Shown piece after piece: positions 25,562 through 35,814 of a stretch of 64,000 nucleotides of DNA (positions are counted from its first letter, which is position 1; each line of letters begins with the position of its first letter). Under the pieces are notes generated by a model. The model had not been told where the DNA came from and made no database searches. It saw nothing but the letters and a program-made list of their open reading frames with translations. The stretch comes from Candidatus Kapaibacterium sp. (GTDB taxonomy: Bacteria > Bacteroidota > Ignavibacteria > Palsa-1295): the NCBI GenBank assembly GCA_038210275.1, contig JBBQWV010000014.1, positions 5,930-69,929 on the forward strand, in the 5' to 3' direction. The position numbers and the translations under genes are program-made.

Positions 25562-26314
25562 TTACTTCAATCCAACTTGATCGAGCGCTAATTTCCCAAG
25601 ATAAAAAAGCATCATACCGAGAAAAACAAGAATCGGAGCTTTGCGTCCGCGAGTTTTATTTATTTCCGGAATGAGGTCACACGCACCGACATACAGTGCA
25701 GCTCCTGCGCTGAAAGCGAAAAGAAATCCGATCAATTCTTCATTGAATGTGACAAAGAAAAAGACAAGAAGCGCGCCGAGAATTGTGGAAATGCCAAGGG
25801 TAAACCCAGCATTCATCGTTTCTTTCTTTGAATGATTTCCGAGCATCATCACACTTGCAACCGTCAATCCCTCCGGAATTTTATGAAGAAGTACGGCAAC
25901 ACAAATGAGAATTCCCATTGTCGGCTTTGCGCTTGTTACTGCTGCGATTGCCATACCATCAAAGAATGCGTGAAGTGTGAGTCCGCCAACAGCACCTAAT
26001 GCTGAGGAATGCGAAACTCCGGCATGCTGATGAGTTTCTTCGCCAAAATGAAAATGCTGAACGAGTGTATGCTCGAAAAAATGCAAGACGCTAAAACCGA
26101 GCAGCATTGCAATGACCGCATGATCGGGATTATTTGTCAGACGAAAACTTTCCGGAATGAGATCAACGAAGACAAGAGCCAGAAGAAATCCTGCGCCGAG
26201 AGCCAGCAACGTCCTTTCCCAGCTATGGGGAAAACGTTTTGCTCGGAGTGCAAGCATTCCGCCGCCGATCTGCGCGCCTGCTGCAATAATGCTGAGTATG
26301 ATACCGAGATACAC
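25562..26314 (-). CDS. ZIP-family divalent metal (zinc) transporter, ZupT-like
   Basis: It has multiple TM helices, a His-rich loop (HHFHFGEETHQHAG), and the HKIPEG-like motif LLHKIPEGL. Confidence 0.85.
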   Translation of the reverse strand: MYLGIILSIIAAGAQIGGGMLALRAKRFPHSWERTLLALGAGFLLALVFVDLIPESFRLTNNPDHAVIAMLLGFSVLHFFEHTLVQHFHFGEETHQHAGVSHSSALGAVGGLTLHAFFDGMAIAAVTSAKPTMGILICVAVLLHKIPEGLTVASVMMLGNHSKKETMNAGFTLGISTILGALLVFFFVTFNEELIGFLFAFSAGAALYVGACDLIPEINKTRGRKAPILVFLGMMLFYLGKLALDQVGLK

Positions 26315-26427
26315 TTCTGCTAATTAAAATTAAAAATGTCGAATACTCGCTGTGGCGAGAAAATTAAAAATGGTAACGTGTAAATCCAGAATGAGGCAAA
26401 ATAATCTCAGAAATCGGTTGAATCCCT

Positions 26428-27750
26428 TTAATCACGGTTCAGACGTTTTTTTTCTTTCAGAAAATTCTTTCCGTCTTCAATGCCGCGAAGGAACATCGCA
26501 GATAATGAGAGTGGAACTTCACGGATCATGATGCGATAGGATAGGATTGCTTGTAATAGCATGGAAATGCAGAATGCAATTGCCGCTCCAACAGTATGGA
26601 GAAGTGGCAGTAAGGTCACGGCGAGAATCACATTAACGATAAGCGAAGCAAGAATAGTCTGAAAAACTTCTTTCACTTTTCCCATTCCAACAAGCGCAGA
26701 CATACCAACCATCGTGATGGGCAGAATAAAACCGCTTGCAATTAGTACACGGAAGACATTAACGGAATCATCAAACTTTCCTTTATAAAGTATCTGAAAA
26801 ATAAGGGGAGCAAAAATAATAAGAAGTATTGAGAGTGGGATCATCAAGATATAGAGAAAGCTTGTTGTCTTCTCAATAATTTTTTTCAGTGTTGCGAAAT
26901 CACCTGCAGCATAATATTTACTTGAAGCAGGGAAAACAAAAATGCCTTGAGTATCACGAAGCACATCAAAGCCCTTAAAAAAGAATTTTGCAACTTGGTA
27001 ATTGGCGAGCGCTTCAACCCCAAGAAAAGCCGGAACAAGCAAACTGTCAAGATTTTGCTGAAAGACATGGACTGAACCGGTTGCAGTTTGGTAACGAGTA
27101 AAATGAAAAATCTTTTTCAACATTGTGCGAGAGAAACGTATCCGCCAACTCAGATCCTTTCGTGCAAGAAAAAGTGAGAGCAATGAACTGCATGCGCCGG
27201 TTATGATCGTGATGAAGATTACATCACTTGCTGTATGCAATTTATCCATGAACGCGTAGATCGTCACGACGATACTTGATCCACCAAAATTAATAAGATC
27301 GGCAAAGAATAAATTCTTTGTATGAAATCGCATTTGAAAAATCTTGCTGGTGATGACTCGCGGAATGGTAACGATGACAAGAATAATCAGGCTGGGGATG
27401 AGGTCAGGAAGTTCGGGGCTATTAAGCAGATAAGAAAATGTACCCGGAAAAACAATAAGGAGCGACAATGAAATCAGAAGAAAAGCAAAAAAGAGAAGTG
27501 AGGTTGCCGTCAGAAGTTCTTGAAGATCATTTGCTGTATCCACTCCGAATTTAACGATTGCCTGCAATGCGAAACTATCAGCAAAAGTGAAGATCATTCC
27601 GAAGATCACTTGAAAGAGCGCAAGTTCACCGCTTTCACTTTTTGGAAGAATCTTGAAAACAAGGATCGTCATCACCACACCATAGACGGCTGGCAGAAGC
27701 TTCGTTGCAAAACCCCATGCACCTTTTTCTAAGTGCGCACTGAATTTCAT
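26428..27750 (-). CDS. MOP-superfamily polysaccharide/oligosaccharide flippase (Wzx-like)
   Basis: It is 440 aa with about 12-14 predicted TM helices, and it lies immediately upstream of the GT4 gene. Confidence 0.7.
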   Translation of the reverse strand: MKFSAHLEKGAWGFATKLLPAVYGVVMTILVFKILPKSESGELALFQVIFGMIFTFADSFALQAIVKFGVDTANDLQELLTATSLLFFAFLLISLSLLIVFPGTFSYLLNSPELPDLIPSLIILVIVTIPRVITSKIFQMRFHTKNLFFADLINFGGSSIVVTIYAFMDKLHTASDVIFITIITGACSSLLSLFLARKDLSWRIRFSRTMLKKIFHFTRYQTATGSVHVFQQNLDSLLVPAFLGVEALANYQVAKFFFKGFDVLRDTQGIFVFPASSKYYAAGDFATLKKIIEKTTSFLYILMIPLSILLIIFAPLIFQILYKGKFDDSVNVFRVLIASGFILPITMVGMSALVGMGKVKEVFQTILASLIVNVILAVTLLPLLHTVGAAIAFCISMLLQAILSYRIMIREVPLSLSAMFLRGIEDGKNFLKEKKRLNRD

Positions 27751-27753
27751 TAA

Positions 27754-28755
27754 TTATTTAACAAGTTCTAAAAGTTTTTTTGCGCGATTCTCAATATCGA
27801 ATAATTTTACATGTTCACTGCATTGCTTTCGCTTTGCAATATCGGCAGTAAAACTTTTTCTTATCGCTTCGGCAACGCTTTGGATATTTTTACGATCAAT
27901 GATAAATTCCGTCCCGCCGGTTACTTCTTCAAGAGAAGGGACATTCGATACAACAGGAATGCAGCCGCAACTCATTGATTCAGCAGTTGCAACGCCGAAT
28001 GTTTCATCAATAGAAAGCTGGCAGTATGCAGAAGCGGTATGATAATAATTAAGAAGCTCCTCGTACTTGATCGGTCCCTCGACAATGGTTACATTCTTCA
28101 GATCTTTTGCTTCATTGCGTGCATGTTCCAAAGCAGGACCTCGAATACCGATGAGATCGAACTCAACATCCGGCATCACTTTGGCTGTCTCAAGAAATAC
28201 ATCGATCCCTTTTAAGATGTAATCGAGATACGTCACTAACTGCGTGACGGTCAGCGCGCGCTTTGCTCTTGGATCATCCGAAAATGGAAAGCGTTTTATA
28301 TCAACAGCGTTGTAGATTACGGTGCTTGGTGCATGGTGTTTCGAATTCGTATCAAGCAGATGCTGTGCGTAATTGCTAACAGGAAATACGTGCGTTGCAA
28401 AGCGATGAGTATTGCGAACAAGAAACCACCGGAAGGGGCGAACCCGCGCACCGCTTTTTACTTCAGGAGTATAGGTGACGTCGAAGCCGCCTGCGACAAC
28501 ATACACTTTTTTGCGAAGCAGACGGGCGATGATCGTTGGAACAAGGGTGTAATAATCGGCGAACCAGAAAAAAAGTACATCGGAGCCGAAGAGCGAAAAG
28601 AGAATTTGAAATTCTAACTTAATAAGACTTGTCGCTGTACTAAAACCACGTTTAACATTGGCATCAACGATCTTGAGTTTATGCTTTCGGCGCAGAATTT
28701 CAATGTCATTCTGCACAAAACTCGATTGCGCTGGTCCGACGAAGGTGATAGTCAT
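27754..28755 (-). CDS. Family-4 glycosyltransferase (GT-B, retaining)
   Basis: The C-terminus has the GT4 E-x7-E region (SIDETFGVATAESMSCGCIPVVSNVPSLEEV). Confidence 0.85.
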   Translation of the reverse strand: MTITFVGPAQSSFVQNDIEILRRKHKLKIVDANVKRGFSTATSLIKLEFQILFSLFGSDVLFFWFADYYTLVPTIIARLLRKKVYVVAGGFDVTYTPEVKSGARVRPFRWFLVRNTHRFATHVFPVSNYAQHLLDTNSKHHAPSTVIYNAVDIKRFPFSDDPRAKRALTVTQLVTYLDYILKGIDVFLETAKVMPDVEFDLIGIRGPALEHARNEAKDLKNVTIVEGPIKYEELLNYYHTASAYCQLSIDETFGVATAESMSCGCIPVVSNVPSLEEVTGGTEFIIDRKNIQSVAEAIRKSFTADIAKRKQCSEHVKLFDIENRAKKLLELVK

Positions 28756-28777
28756 TCTATTTAATCAGCAGGCGAGA

Positions 28778-29269
28778 TTAATTAACGTCACCAAAGAGAA
28801 GCTTATCACCGATCGGATAATAATGAAAACTTGCCATTTTTTTCTTGTTGCCTTTAATGAGATTGATCTGGTAATGCATCAATTGTCCCAAAGGAGTATC
28901 CTTGCTTTTAAAAACGGCAAAATATTCTTGATGCATTTCCGGATAATCAGTTAGCATCTTCTTAATTTTCTCCACAACATCATGGACGTGTTTTGCATCA
29001 TCGGGATTAGTAAGTGAAGCGGCATGATTCCAATTCACAACTTTTCCGGTATCGCGGCAGGCAATTTCGGCAGCCGCGCTATCAAGATTTCCTGCAAGCG
29101 CGTATTTTTTCAAATTAGTAATATGCGCAAACATCTCATCCGAAATAGAATCGCGCACCATTTGAGAGAGCATGACGACATCTTCGCGTGGCATTTTTCC
29201 CATTCCGCCTTGTGCGTAAAGAGTTGACGAAAGAAAAATTGCAGAGACAATAATAAATAAGTATTTCAT
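28778..29269 (-). CDS. Secreted protein of unknown function (~163 aa)
   Basis: I trimmed the start to MKYLFIIVSAIFLSSTLYAQ, which is a signal peptide. The longer ORF start reads through a family-1 repeat. Confidence 0.5.
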   Translation of the reverse strand: MKYLFIIVSAIFLSSTLYAQGGMGKMPREDVVMLSQMVRDSISDEMFAHITNLKKYALAGNLDSAAAEIACRDTGKVVNWNHAASLTNPDDAKHVHDVVEKIKKMLTDYPEMHQEYFAVFKSKDTPLGQLMHYQINLIKGNKKKMASFHYYPIGDKLLFGDVN

Positions 29270-29288
29270 AATTGTGTTCAAGTAAAGT

Positions 29289-29331
29289 GTCATTGCGAGC
29301 TGGGCTTTAGCCCTGCGTGGCAATCTAAAAA
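29289..29331 (+). repeat. Family-1 repeat unit (single) between divergent genes
   Basis: The unit reads GTCATTGCGAGCTGGGCTTTAGCCCTGCGTGGCAATCTAAAAA. Confidence 0.7.
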
Positions 29332-29464
29332 CTTGATCATTGGCAGTACGCTCAGGTTTAATAGATACCAAGCCAGTAATGATACGAATAATTGTAAATT
29401 TGATACGGCGACCTTTTCATATTTAATGAATGTTTCATCGCCTCAGAATAAGATAATGTTTTTT

Positions 29465-30949
29465 ATGACGCAAAAATTTCAAAATTATATAGATGGCGTT
29501 TGGTGTGACTCATCAAACGGACAAATTTTCGAGAATCGGAACCCTGCAAATTGGGACGATCTGATCGGTTCTTTTCCGCTTTCAACGACGGCAGATGTTG
29601 ATAGAGCGGCGATTTCGGCGGCAGAAGCCTATAAGACATGGCGGCTTGTTCCTGCACCAACCCGCGGTGATATTTGCCGCCGCGCTGGAGATATCATGCT
29701 TCGCCGCAAAGATGAGATTGCCGCCATCATGACAAGGGAAATGGGAAAGACGCTAACCGAGACTCGTGGCGATGTGCAAGAGGGAATTGATACAGCATTT
29801 TATTGTGCGACTGAAGGCAGAAGACTTTTTGGAATCAATACACCGAGTGAACTTCCGAATAAATTGAATCTTTCATTTCGCGTTCCAATAGGAGTATGTG
29901 GACTTATTACTCCATGGAATTTTCCTATGGCAATTCCGACATGGAATATTTTCCCCGGACTTGTTGCAGGAAATACGTTTATCTTTAAACCAGCCGAAGA
30001 CACTCCGCATACGGCAAATATTCTAGTCGAGATCTTGATGGAAGCAGGTTTGCCAAAAGGAGTTCTTAATATTGTGCATGGTGCTGGAGAAGTTGTAGGA
30101 GTAGCGATCACACAGCACCCACTGGTTCGCGCACTGAGTTTTACCGGTTCGACAAAAACCGGAGAGATCGTCGCACAAACTTGTGGCAAGAACACCAAAC
30201 ACGTCTGTCTCGAAATGGGTGGGAAGAATGCACAGATCGTGATGCCGGATGCCGATATGGAACTTGCAATTCATGGGGTGCTGTGGGGTGCATTTGGAAC
30301 GACAGGTCAGCGCTGCACGGCAACGTCGCGCTTAATTTTGCATGAAGATATTCATGATACATTTATTGAGCAGCTTATTATTCGTGCGAAGGCATTAAAA
30401 CTTGGTGATGGTTCTGTTGATGGAATAGAAGTAGGACCTATTATCAATAAAAAACAACACGAGAATATTGAACGCTACGTTGCTATCGGTAAAAAAGAAG
30501 GAGCGATTTGCGTGCTTGGTGGTGAGAGAGCTGAAGAAGGTACATTGAAAAACGGCTGGTTCTATAAGCCAACGATTTTTACTAATGTCCTTCCAAACTC
30601 AACGATTGCGCAGGAAGAAATTTTTGGTCCGGTGTTGTCGGTGATCAAATGTACTTCACTGGAAAATGCAATTGAGATTTCCAATAGTGTGATCTACGGA
30701 CTTTCTTCAAGTATTTATACTCGCGATATTAATGCTGCACTTGTTGCAGTCAGAGACATCGAAACGGGCATTGCATATATCAACGCTCCGACTATCGGAG
30801 CTGAAGCGCACATGCCGTTCGGTGGCGTCAAAGCTACCGGCAACGGACACCGCGAAGGCGGCTGGACAGTCTTTGACTTCTATACAGAATGGAAGGCCGT
30901 ATATATTGATTATTCAGGGCATTTGCAGCGGGCGCAGATAGATAATTAG
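29465..30949 (+). CDS. NAD(P)+-dependent aldehyde dehydrogenase
   Basis: It has the catalytic Cys region (GQRCTATSRL), the FTGSTKTGEIV and EEIFGPVLSV motifs, and the ELGGKN-like loop (LEMGGKNAQIV). I set the start at MTQKFQNYIDGVW (29465), because the upstream 44 codons overlap the repeat. Confidence 0.9.
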   Translation: MTQKFQNYIDGVWCDSSNGQIFENRNPANWDDLIGSFPLSTTADVDRAAISAAEAYKTWRLVPAPTRGDICRRAGDIMLRRKDEIAAIMTREMGKTLTETRGDVQEGIDTAFYCATEGRRLFGINTPSELPNKLNLSFRVPIGVCGLITPWNFPMAIPTWNIFPGLVAGNTFIFKPAEDTPHTANILVEILMEAGLPKGVLNIVHGAGEVVGVAITQHPLVRALSFTGSTKTGEIVAQTCGKNTKHVCLEMGGKNAQIVMPDADMELAIHGVLWGAFGTTGQRCTATSRLILHEDIHDTFIEQLIIRAKALKLGDGSVDGIEVGPIINKKQHENIERYVAIGKKEGAICVLGGERAEEGTLKNGWFYKPTIFTNVLPNSTIAQEEIFGPVLSVIKCTSLENAIEISNSVIYGLSSSIYTRDINAALVAVRDIETGIAYINAPTIGAEAHMPFGGVKATGNGHREGGWTVFDFYTEWKAVYIDYSGHLQRAQIDN

Positions 30950-31102
30950 TGGTTTCTAACCTCATTCCGCATTCTGACCGACCGCGCCCCACTCCAAAAA
31001 TAGTACCTAATCTACGTACTTCCTACGTAACGGAGGGAGTGCCTGATCTGGTATTTTTGTATCTGAATTAATTGTATTTCTCATAAACTTAACTCAGTTA
31101 CA

Positions 31103-32122
31103 ATGACTAAAAAACTCATTCCCCTCTCCGCTTTGCTACTCGCAGGCGGAATGTTTCTGAACTCCTGCTCGAAGGACATGGATTCCCCGACAGCAATTAT
31201 GCCGATGAAAACGACAATAAGTGCTGATGCACATCCTGCTATCACTTTCGTCGGAACCACGACAAGTCACAGCACGACATATAACACGATTGCCGTTATG
31301 GATTCTGACGGAACAGATCAGGCAAATGTTTACACTGCTGCCTCATCATCGACGATTCTCAATTGGCCAACGTGGTCGGGCGATGGTAGCAATATCGCAT
31401 TCAAAGATGGGAGCTACACATTAAAGAAAGTTGCAGTATCGGTTGTAAGCGGCAAAGCCGTTGGCGGTACCGTAACGACTCTCGTAACAACAAACACCGG
31501 ATCACCGATTCTCTGTGCTGCCTACTCTCCATCAACTACAAGCTCAAGTATCGCTTATGGAACATATACGTCTTCATCATTGACATCTACAGTCTATACA
31601 ATCCCTTCGTCCGGCGGAAGTGCAACACAGATCTATTCACTCACTGGATGCGGGATTTATGGAGTAACATGGAACCCGGATGCTTCAAAGATCGCAGTCT
31701 ATTGTCGGTATTGGAAGCCCCGCAACGGGGGGACGCAAGATACTGTTGATTACACTTGTATCAAAATTCTTAATACAAGCGGTACATTGCTTGATAGCAT
31801 CGGCATTGATAAAGCCAAAGGATTATTTGGCAGCTTTGAATGGTCGCGTACCGGTGCCGACAACTTCGCATATACAGCGATGAATGTCAGTTCCAACGGA
31901 CTGGAATTCGTATCCGGGTCTGACAGTATCTATACTCAGGGCGCATCGGCATCATCCACTCCTACGTTTGTTACTACAGGCACATATCCCACTTGGTCAC
32001 CTTCGAACTGGAAGTTGGCGTATCTGCCACATTCAGGCGGCGGCACGAAGTCGATCATCATCGCTTCGGGGACGACAGCGACGATCTCAACTTCCGGCGG
32101 ACACATGAACTGGAAAAGGTGA
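31103..32122 (+). CDS. Ser/Thr-rich lipoprotein with PD40/TolB-like beta-propeller repeats
   Basis: Lipobox LNSC. The repeats WPTWSGDGSNIAF, VTWNPDASKIAVY and YPTWSPSNWKLAY resemble PD40 W-x-P-DG motifs. Confidence 0.55.
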   Translation: MTKKLIPLSALLLAGGMFLNSCSKDMDSPTAIMPMKTTISADAHPAITFVGTTTSHSTTYNTIAVMDSDGTDQANVYTAASSSTILNWPTWSGDGSNIAFKDGSYTLKKVAVSVVSGKAVGGTVTTLVTTNTGSPILCAAYSPSTTSSSIAYGTYTSSSLTSTVYTIPSSGGSATQIYSLTGCGIYGVTWNPDASKIAVYCRYWKPRNGGTQDTVDYTCIKILNTSGTLLDSIGIDKAKGLFGSFEWSRTGADNFAYTAMNVSSNGLEFVSGSDSIYTQGASASSTPTFVTTGTYPTWSPSNWKLAYLPHSGGGTKSIIIASGTTATISTSGGHMNWKR

Positions 32123-32227
32123 GTATCTTGTTCAAATTTCGTCAAGAGGAGCAGCCTTTGGCTGCTCCTTTAGTATTTTCTGTATTTTACTTTCATGAGA
32201 CAGTGAGTTGTTTCTCATTTCCCCATC

Positions 32228-33934
32228 ATGCAACTTAGATCTTATCTCCTTTTACTTTTAAGTTCGTCTTTCGCGCTGACATGCCGCCGCGCTGACCATG
32301 ATACTTTCTCAACGAAAAACGAAGTTGTTGTTATGGGCGAAATGCTCATCGCAAATCCGAACATAGCAGACGATATTAGTTCATATAATATTCATACTGA
32401 AGTTTGGCAAGGGCTGAACATGAAGCATCCAAAAACCGCCAATCTCATCCCTGTTCTGGCATCTCTACCTTCTCTAAGTGAAGATAAACTTACGTACACA
32501 TATTTTTTGGATTTGAGAGCTAAGTGGTCCGACGATACTCCTGTAACAATTGAAGATGTGATATTTACTTTTAAATCGGTCACCAACCCATACGGACATT
32601 CCTTTATTCCTCTAGGTCGGTTTCTAGATCTCGATAGTGTTTGGTCTGAAAAACCCGGAGCAGTGTCATTTCATTTCACTAAGTTTAAATTCAATAGGTC
32701 GTATGACATTGCAGACGTTTTCATTCTCCCAAAACGTTATTTCGATTCTGCTGCAAACACGGATCATCTAAGCTGGCAGGAATTGCATGCGTCAAAGTCG
32801 AATCCTAAAGTCCGTAAAGCGGGAGAATTATTTTCACAGACCGACAAATCGAGAGAAACGAGCCTTCTTATTGGTTCAGGTCCATATATTTTTACAAAGT
32901 TAGAATCTGAAAAAATAATCTTAACAAAAAATCCGCACTATTGGGCAGAGGGTATTCCGTGGCTCGAAGCATACCCCGATCGCTTGGTTTTTCTTACATA
33001 CTGGAATAGCTTTGCATCGATCACAGCCTTGAAGGGGCAGCAAATTGATCTTGTTCAAATTTCATCCGATGAATACCTAAGCCTATTAGACTCCGTTGGT
33101 AGCTTTGGTTCAAACATTTGCAAAGATATTATCTATGATGCGAATATTCATTGTATTGCCTGGAATACCGATGGTCCGATTCTCTCATCTGTAAAAGTAC
33201 GCAAAGCACTGACAATGTTACTCAATCGTGACATCATTATTTCGAAGATACTTCATGGAATGGCAAGAAAGATAGAAGGTCCAGTTTCATTTGTTCAACC
33301 GGGATGGAATCCTAATTTGCATCAACCGGCTTTCGATCCTCATGCAGCAAAGGAATTGCTCAAGGAAGATGGCTGGACCGATTCTGATGGAGATGGAATA
33401 CTTGATAAAGAGATAAATGGTGTAGTTCAACCGTTAACATTTTTATTTCTGGTAAATGGAAAATCGGAAGAGCTTCTTATTTTTATTGAAGAGTTAAGAA
33501 AAGCGGGTATCGAAGCACGACTTTCTCTCATGGAAACTTCGGTGATGTATCAAAATCTACGAAGGCGTAATTTTGATGCTTGTCTGAATCGTTTAGATTT
33601 TGACCCGACCGAGCCCGATCTTTTTGAAGATTATCATTCTTCTCAAAGGTATTCAGGCGGTAGCAATATCTGTTGTTATACCAATTCCAAAGTAGATAGT
33701 TTAATAATCTCTGCTCGTATAGAGTTTGATCGTGATAAACGTCTTGCCCTGACGATGGAAATACAACGACTTATCGTCGAAGATCAACCGATGACTTATC
33801 TTTTTAGCACACCAAAAAAATTTGCTTGGGTAGATCGCTTTGATAATGTTCAGCGTTCTGCTTCGGCACCCTGGATCGATCCAAGATATTTTATCGTCCG
33901 AGGGTCTGGAATAATTCCTCTAAGTCATCTATAG
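32228..33934 (+). CDS. ABC transporter substrate-binding protein, family 5 (peptide/nickel/oligosaccharide-type), orphan
   Basis: It has a signal peptide, is 568 aa, and has SBP_bac_5-like conserved blocks (DGILDKEINGVVQPLTFLFLV...). No permease or ATPase genes are adjacent. Confidence 0.75.
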   Translation: MQLRSYLLLLLSSSFALTCRRADHDTFSTKNEVVVMGEMLIANPNIADDISSYNIHTEVWQGLNMKHPKTANLIPVLASLPSLSEDKLTYTYFLDLRAKWSDDTPVTIEDVIFTFKSVTNPYGHSFIPLGRFLDLDSVWSEKPGAVSFHFTKFKFNRSYDIADVFILPKRYFDSAANTDHLSWQELHASKSNPKVRKAGELFSQTDKSRETSLLIGSGPYIFTKLESEKIILTKNPHYWAEGIPWLEAYPDRLVFLTYWNSFASITALKGQQIDLVQISSDEYLSLLDSVGSFGSNICKDIIYDANIHCIAWNTDGPILSSVKVRKALTMLLNRDIIISKILHGMARKIEGPVSFVQPGWNPNLHQPAFDPHAAKELLKEDGWTDSDGDGILDKEINGVVQPLTFLFLVNGKSEELLIFIEELRKAGIEARLSLMETSVMYQNLRRRNFDACLNRLDFDPTEPDLFEDYHSSQRYSGGSNICCYTNSKVDSLIISARIEFDRDKRLALTMEIQRLIVEDQPMTYLFSTPKKFAWVDRFDNVQRSASAPWIDPRYFIVRGSGIIPLSHL

Positions 33935-33952
33935 AATTCGATAAGATACCGT

Positions 33953-35596
33953 ATGCCCAACCTGGCTCATTTAGAAAAAAGAGCACTACAAGCTTTGAAA
34001 CTGATCGGTACAAATCCCGATGATTCCCGGCAGATACTTAATGAAGTTATACAGGTCTTGGACAAATCTATTGAGGATAACGCAAAAAAATCACCAATTT
34101 TTAAGATACTATCCTCTGGTTACAGAAGTCTTCTGATAATTCCTGATTTTTCTCCGTTTATTACTTTTGCCAATACCACAATTTCTATAGAAAATTCACC
34201 TGCGATAATCAACGATAGTCTCGAAATGTTATACGACTTATACTGTCTTGCAGACGATACAGGTAAAATCCCGCAGGCTTTGGAAATACTTGAGATTTTT
34301 GAAAAAATTCTTCTGATGCATTCTCAGTATAAGAGTTGGTGGCCTGATCTGTATCGTTTTTTTAGCAAAAGTTGGATACATCTTGGCCAGGAGAGTCGGG
34401 GGTATGAATATCTTATCAAAGCTTCATACGCTGCTGAGGAACTCAAGGATTATAATGCTTTGGCATCAATAAATGCGTCACTTTCTAATTATCACATTGG
34501 GAGAAATCAACTTGAGAAAGCCAAGGAATATGGTGAACGCTCAATGTCTTATTATCGAGCGAACCAAGGCATTGTCGCATATGGGGAAACAGTATCAAAC
34601 ATGTATGGAACGCTAAATTCATTAGGGATAATCTACGCTAAGATCGGAATGAAGGATGAAGCAATTAAAATATTCGCAGAAGTTATTTCCTTCGGCGGAT
34701 CTAAGTGGGGATCTTTGGCTCACATTAATATGGTAGAGTTATGGCCAAATGAAGCAGATTTTCTCATTGCTCTTAATCATTTGGAAAAAGCAGAAGCGCT
34801 GGCAGAAGAAATTAATTATTTTCTTGGAAAATATTCTGCAAAATTTGAGATGGCAAAGCTGTTTCACGCTCAAAAGCACTTACCGGAAGCGCGAAAAATT
34901 TTGATTGATTTATTTGCTACGGTACGTGATTTGATATATCCGGAATTAGAAGGAGAAATACTGGAGTTACTCTATCAGGTATATAAGTCAGAAAATGATT
35001 TTGAGAATGCCTTGAAGGCATACGAAGAATATTTTAGTCTTCAAAACAAAGCATACGAAGCAAAATCCAAAAAGCAAATTGAAGAGTTGGAAATTCGTTT
35101 CCAAGTATCACAAAAGGAAGCTGAATCAAAACTATTTCAATCGAGAACCGAGCATCTCCAAAAAGAACTAAAAGCAAATGAATCTCTGCTTATTAATCAA
35201 GCTACTCAACTCATCCACCAAACCGAACTCCTCGCAAAATTTCGCGATGAGATGCGCGAGATCGTTCGGCAAACATCCAGTCAGGACCCAACGATCAAAG
35301 CAATTAAAGAAAAGCTAAAAGAGCTTCCGTGCAAACAAATAGATTGGGAAAAATTTGAGACGGAATTCAAAGCGGTTCATCCGGAATTTGCGAAAAAACT
35401 CTATGAAAAATTTCCTGATCTTACGCCTACCGAAAATAAAATGTGTACTCTTCTTCGCCTCAATCTCAAATCGCATGAGATCGCTCGGCTCTTTTGCCTT
35501 TCGGAGCGGAGCGTAGAAACACATCGGTTCAATATAAGGAAGAAAGTTGGTATTTCGCGTGAAGAGAATTTAGGTGGTTTTTTGAATGCGCTCTAG
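33953..35596 (+). CDS. LuxR-family HTH transcriptional regulator with N-terminal TPR-like helical repeats
   Basis: The C-terminal LuxR/GerE HTH reads ENKMCTLLRLNLKSHEIARLFCLSERSVETHRFNIRKKVGI. The N-terminal 400 aa are helical repeats. Confidence 0.6.
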   Translation: MPNLAHLEKRALQALKLIGTNPDDSRQILNEVIQVLDKSIEDNAKKSPIFKILSSGYRSLLIIPDFSPFITFANTTISIENSPAIINDSLEMLYDLYCLADDTGKIPQALEILEIFEKILLMHSQYKSWWPDLYRFFSKSWIHLGQESRGYEYLIKASYAAEELKDYNALASINASLSNYHIGRNQLEKAKEYGERSMSYYRANQGIVAYGETVSNMYGTLNSLGIIYAKIGMKDEAIKIFAEVISFGGSKWGSLAHINMVELWPNEADFLIALNHLEKAEALAEEINYFLGKYSAKFEMAKLFHAQKHLPEARKILIDLFATVRDLIYPELEGEILELLYQVYKSENDFENALKAYEEYFSLQNKAYEAKSKKQIEELEIRFQVSQKEAESKLFQSRTEHLQKELKANESLLINQATQLIHQTELLAKFRDEMREIVRQTSSQDPTIKAIKEKLKELPCKQIDWEKFETEFKAVHPEFAKKLYEKFPDLTPTENKMCTLLRLNLKSHEIARLFCLSERSVETHRFNIRKKVGISREENLGGFLNAL

Positions 35597-35814
35597 TTCG
35601 GGTAGTTTGTAGCCCCTAAGTCTCTTCCACGACGAGAGGGGATTCCTTACATCGTTTTTCTCACTTCGTTCGAAAAATCTCCGTTCGGAATGATAATCAA
35701 ACTGTGCCACTACCAAAGTTTATACGTACGAACGCTCCGACGCCCATTCGTGTTGCCGTATTTCTATAATAATTTCAATAGTACCCCAACGAGACGAAAT
35801 ATAAAAAATACTCA

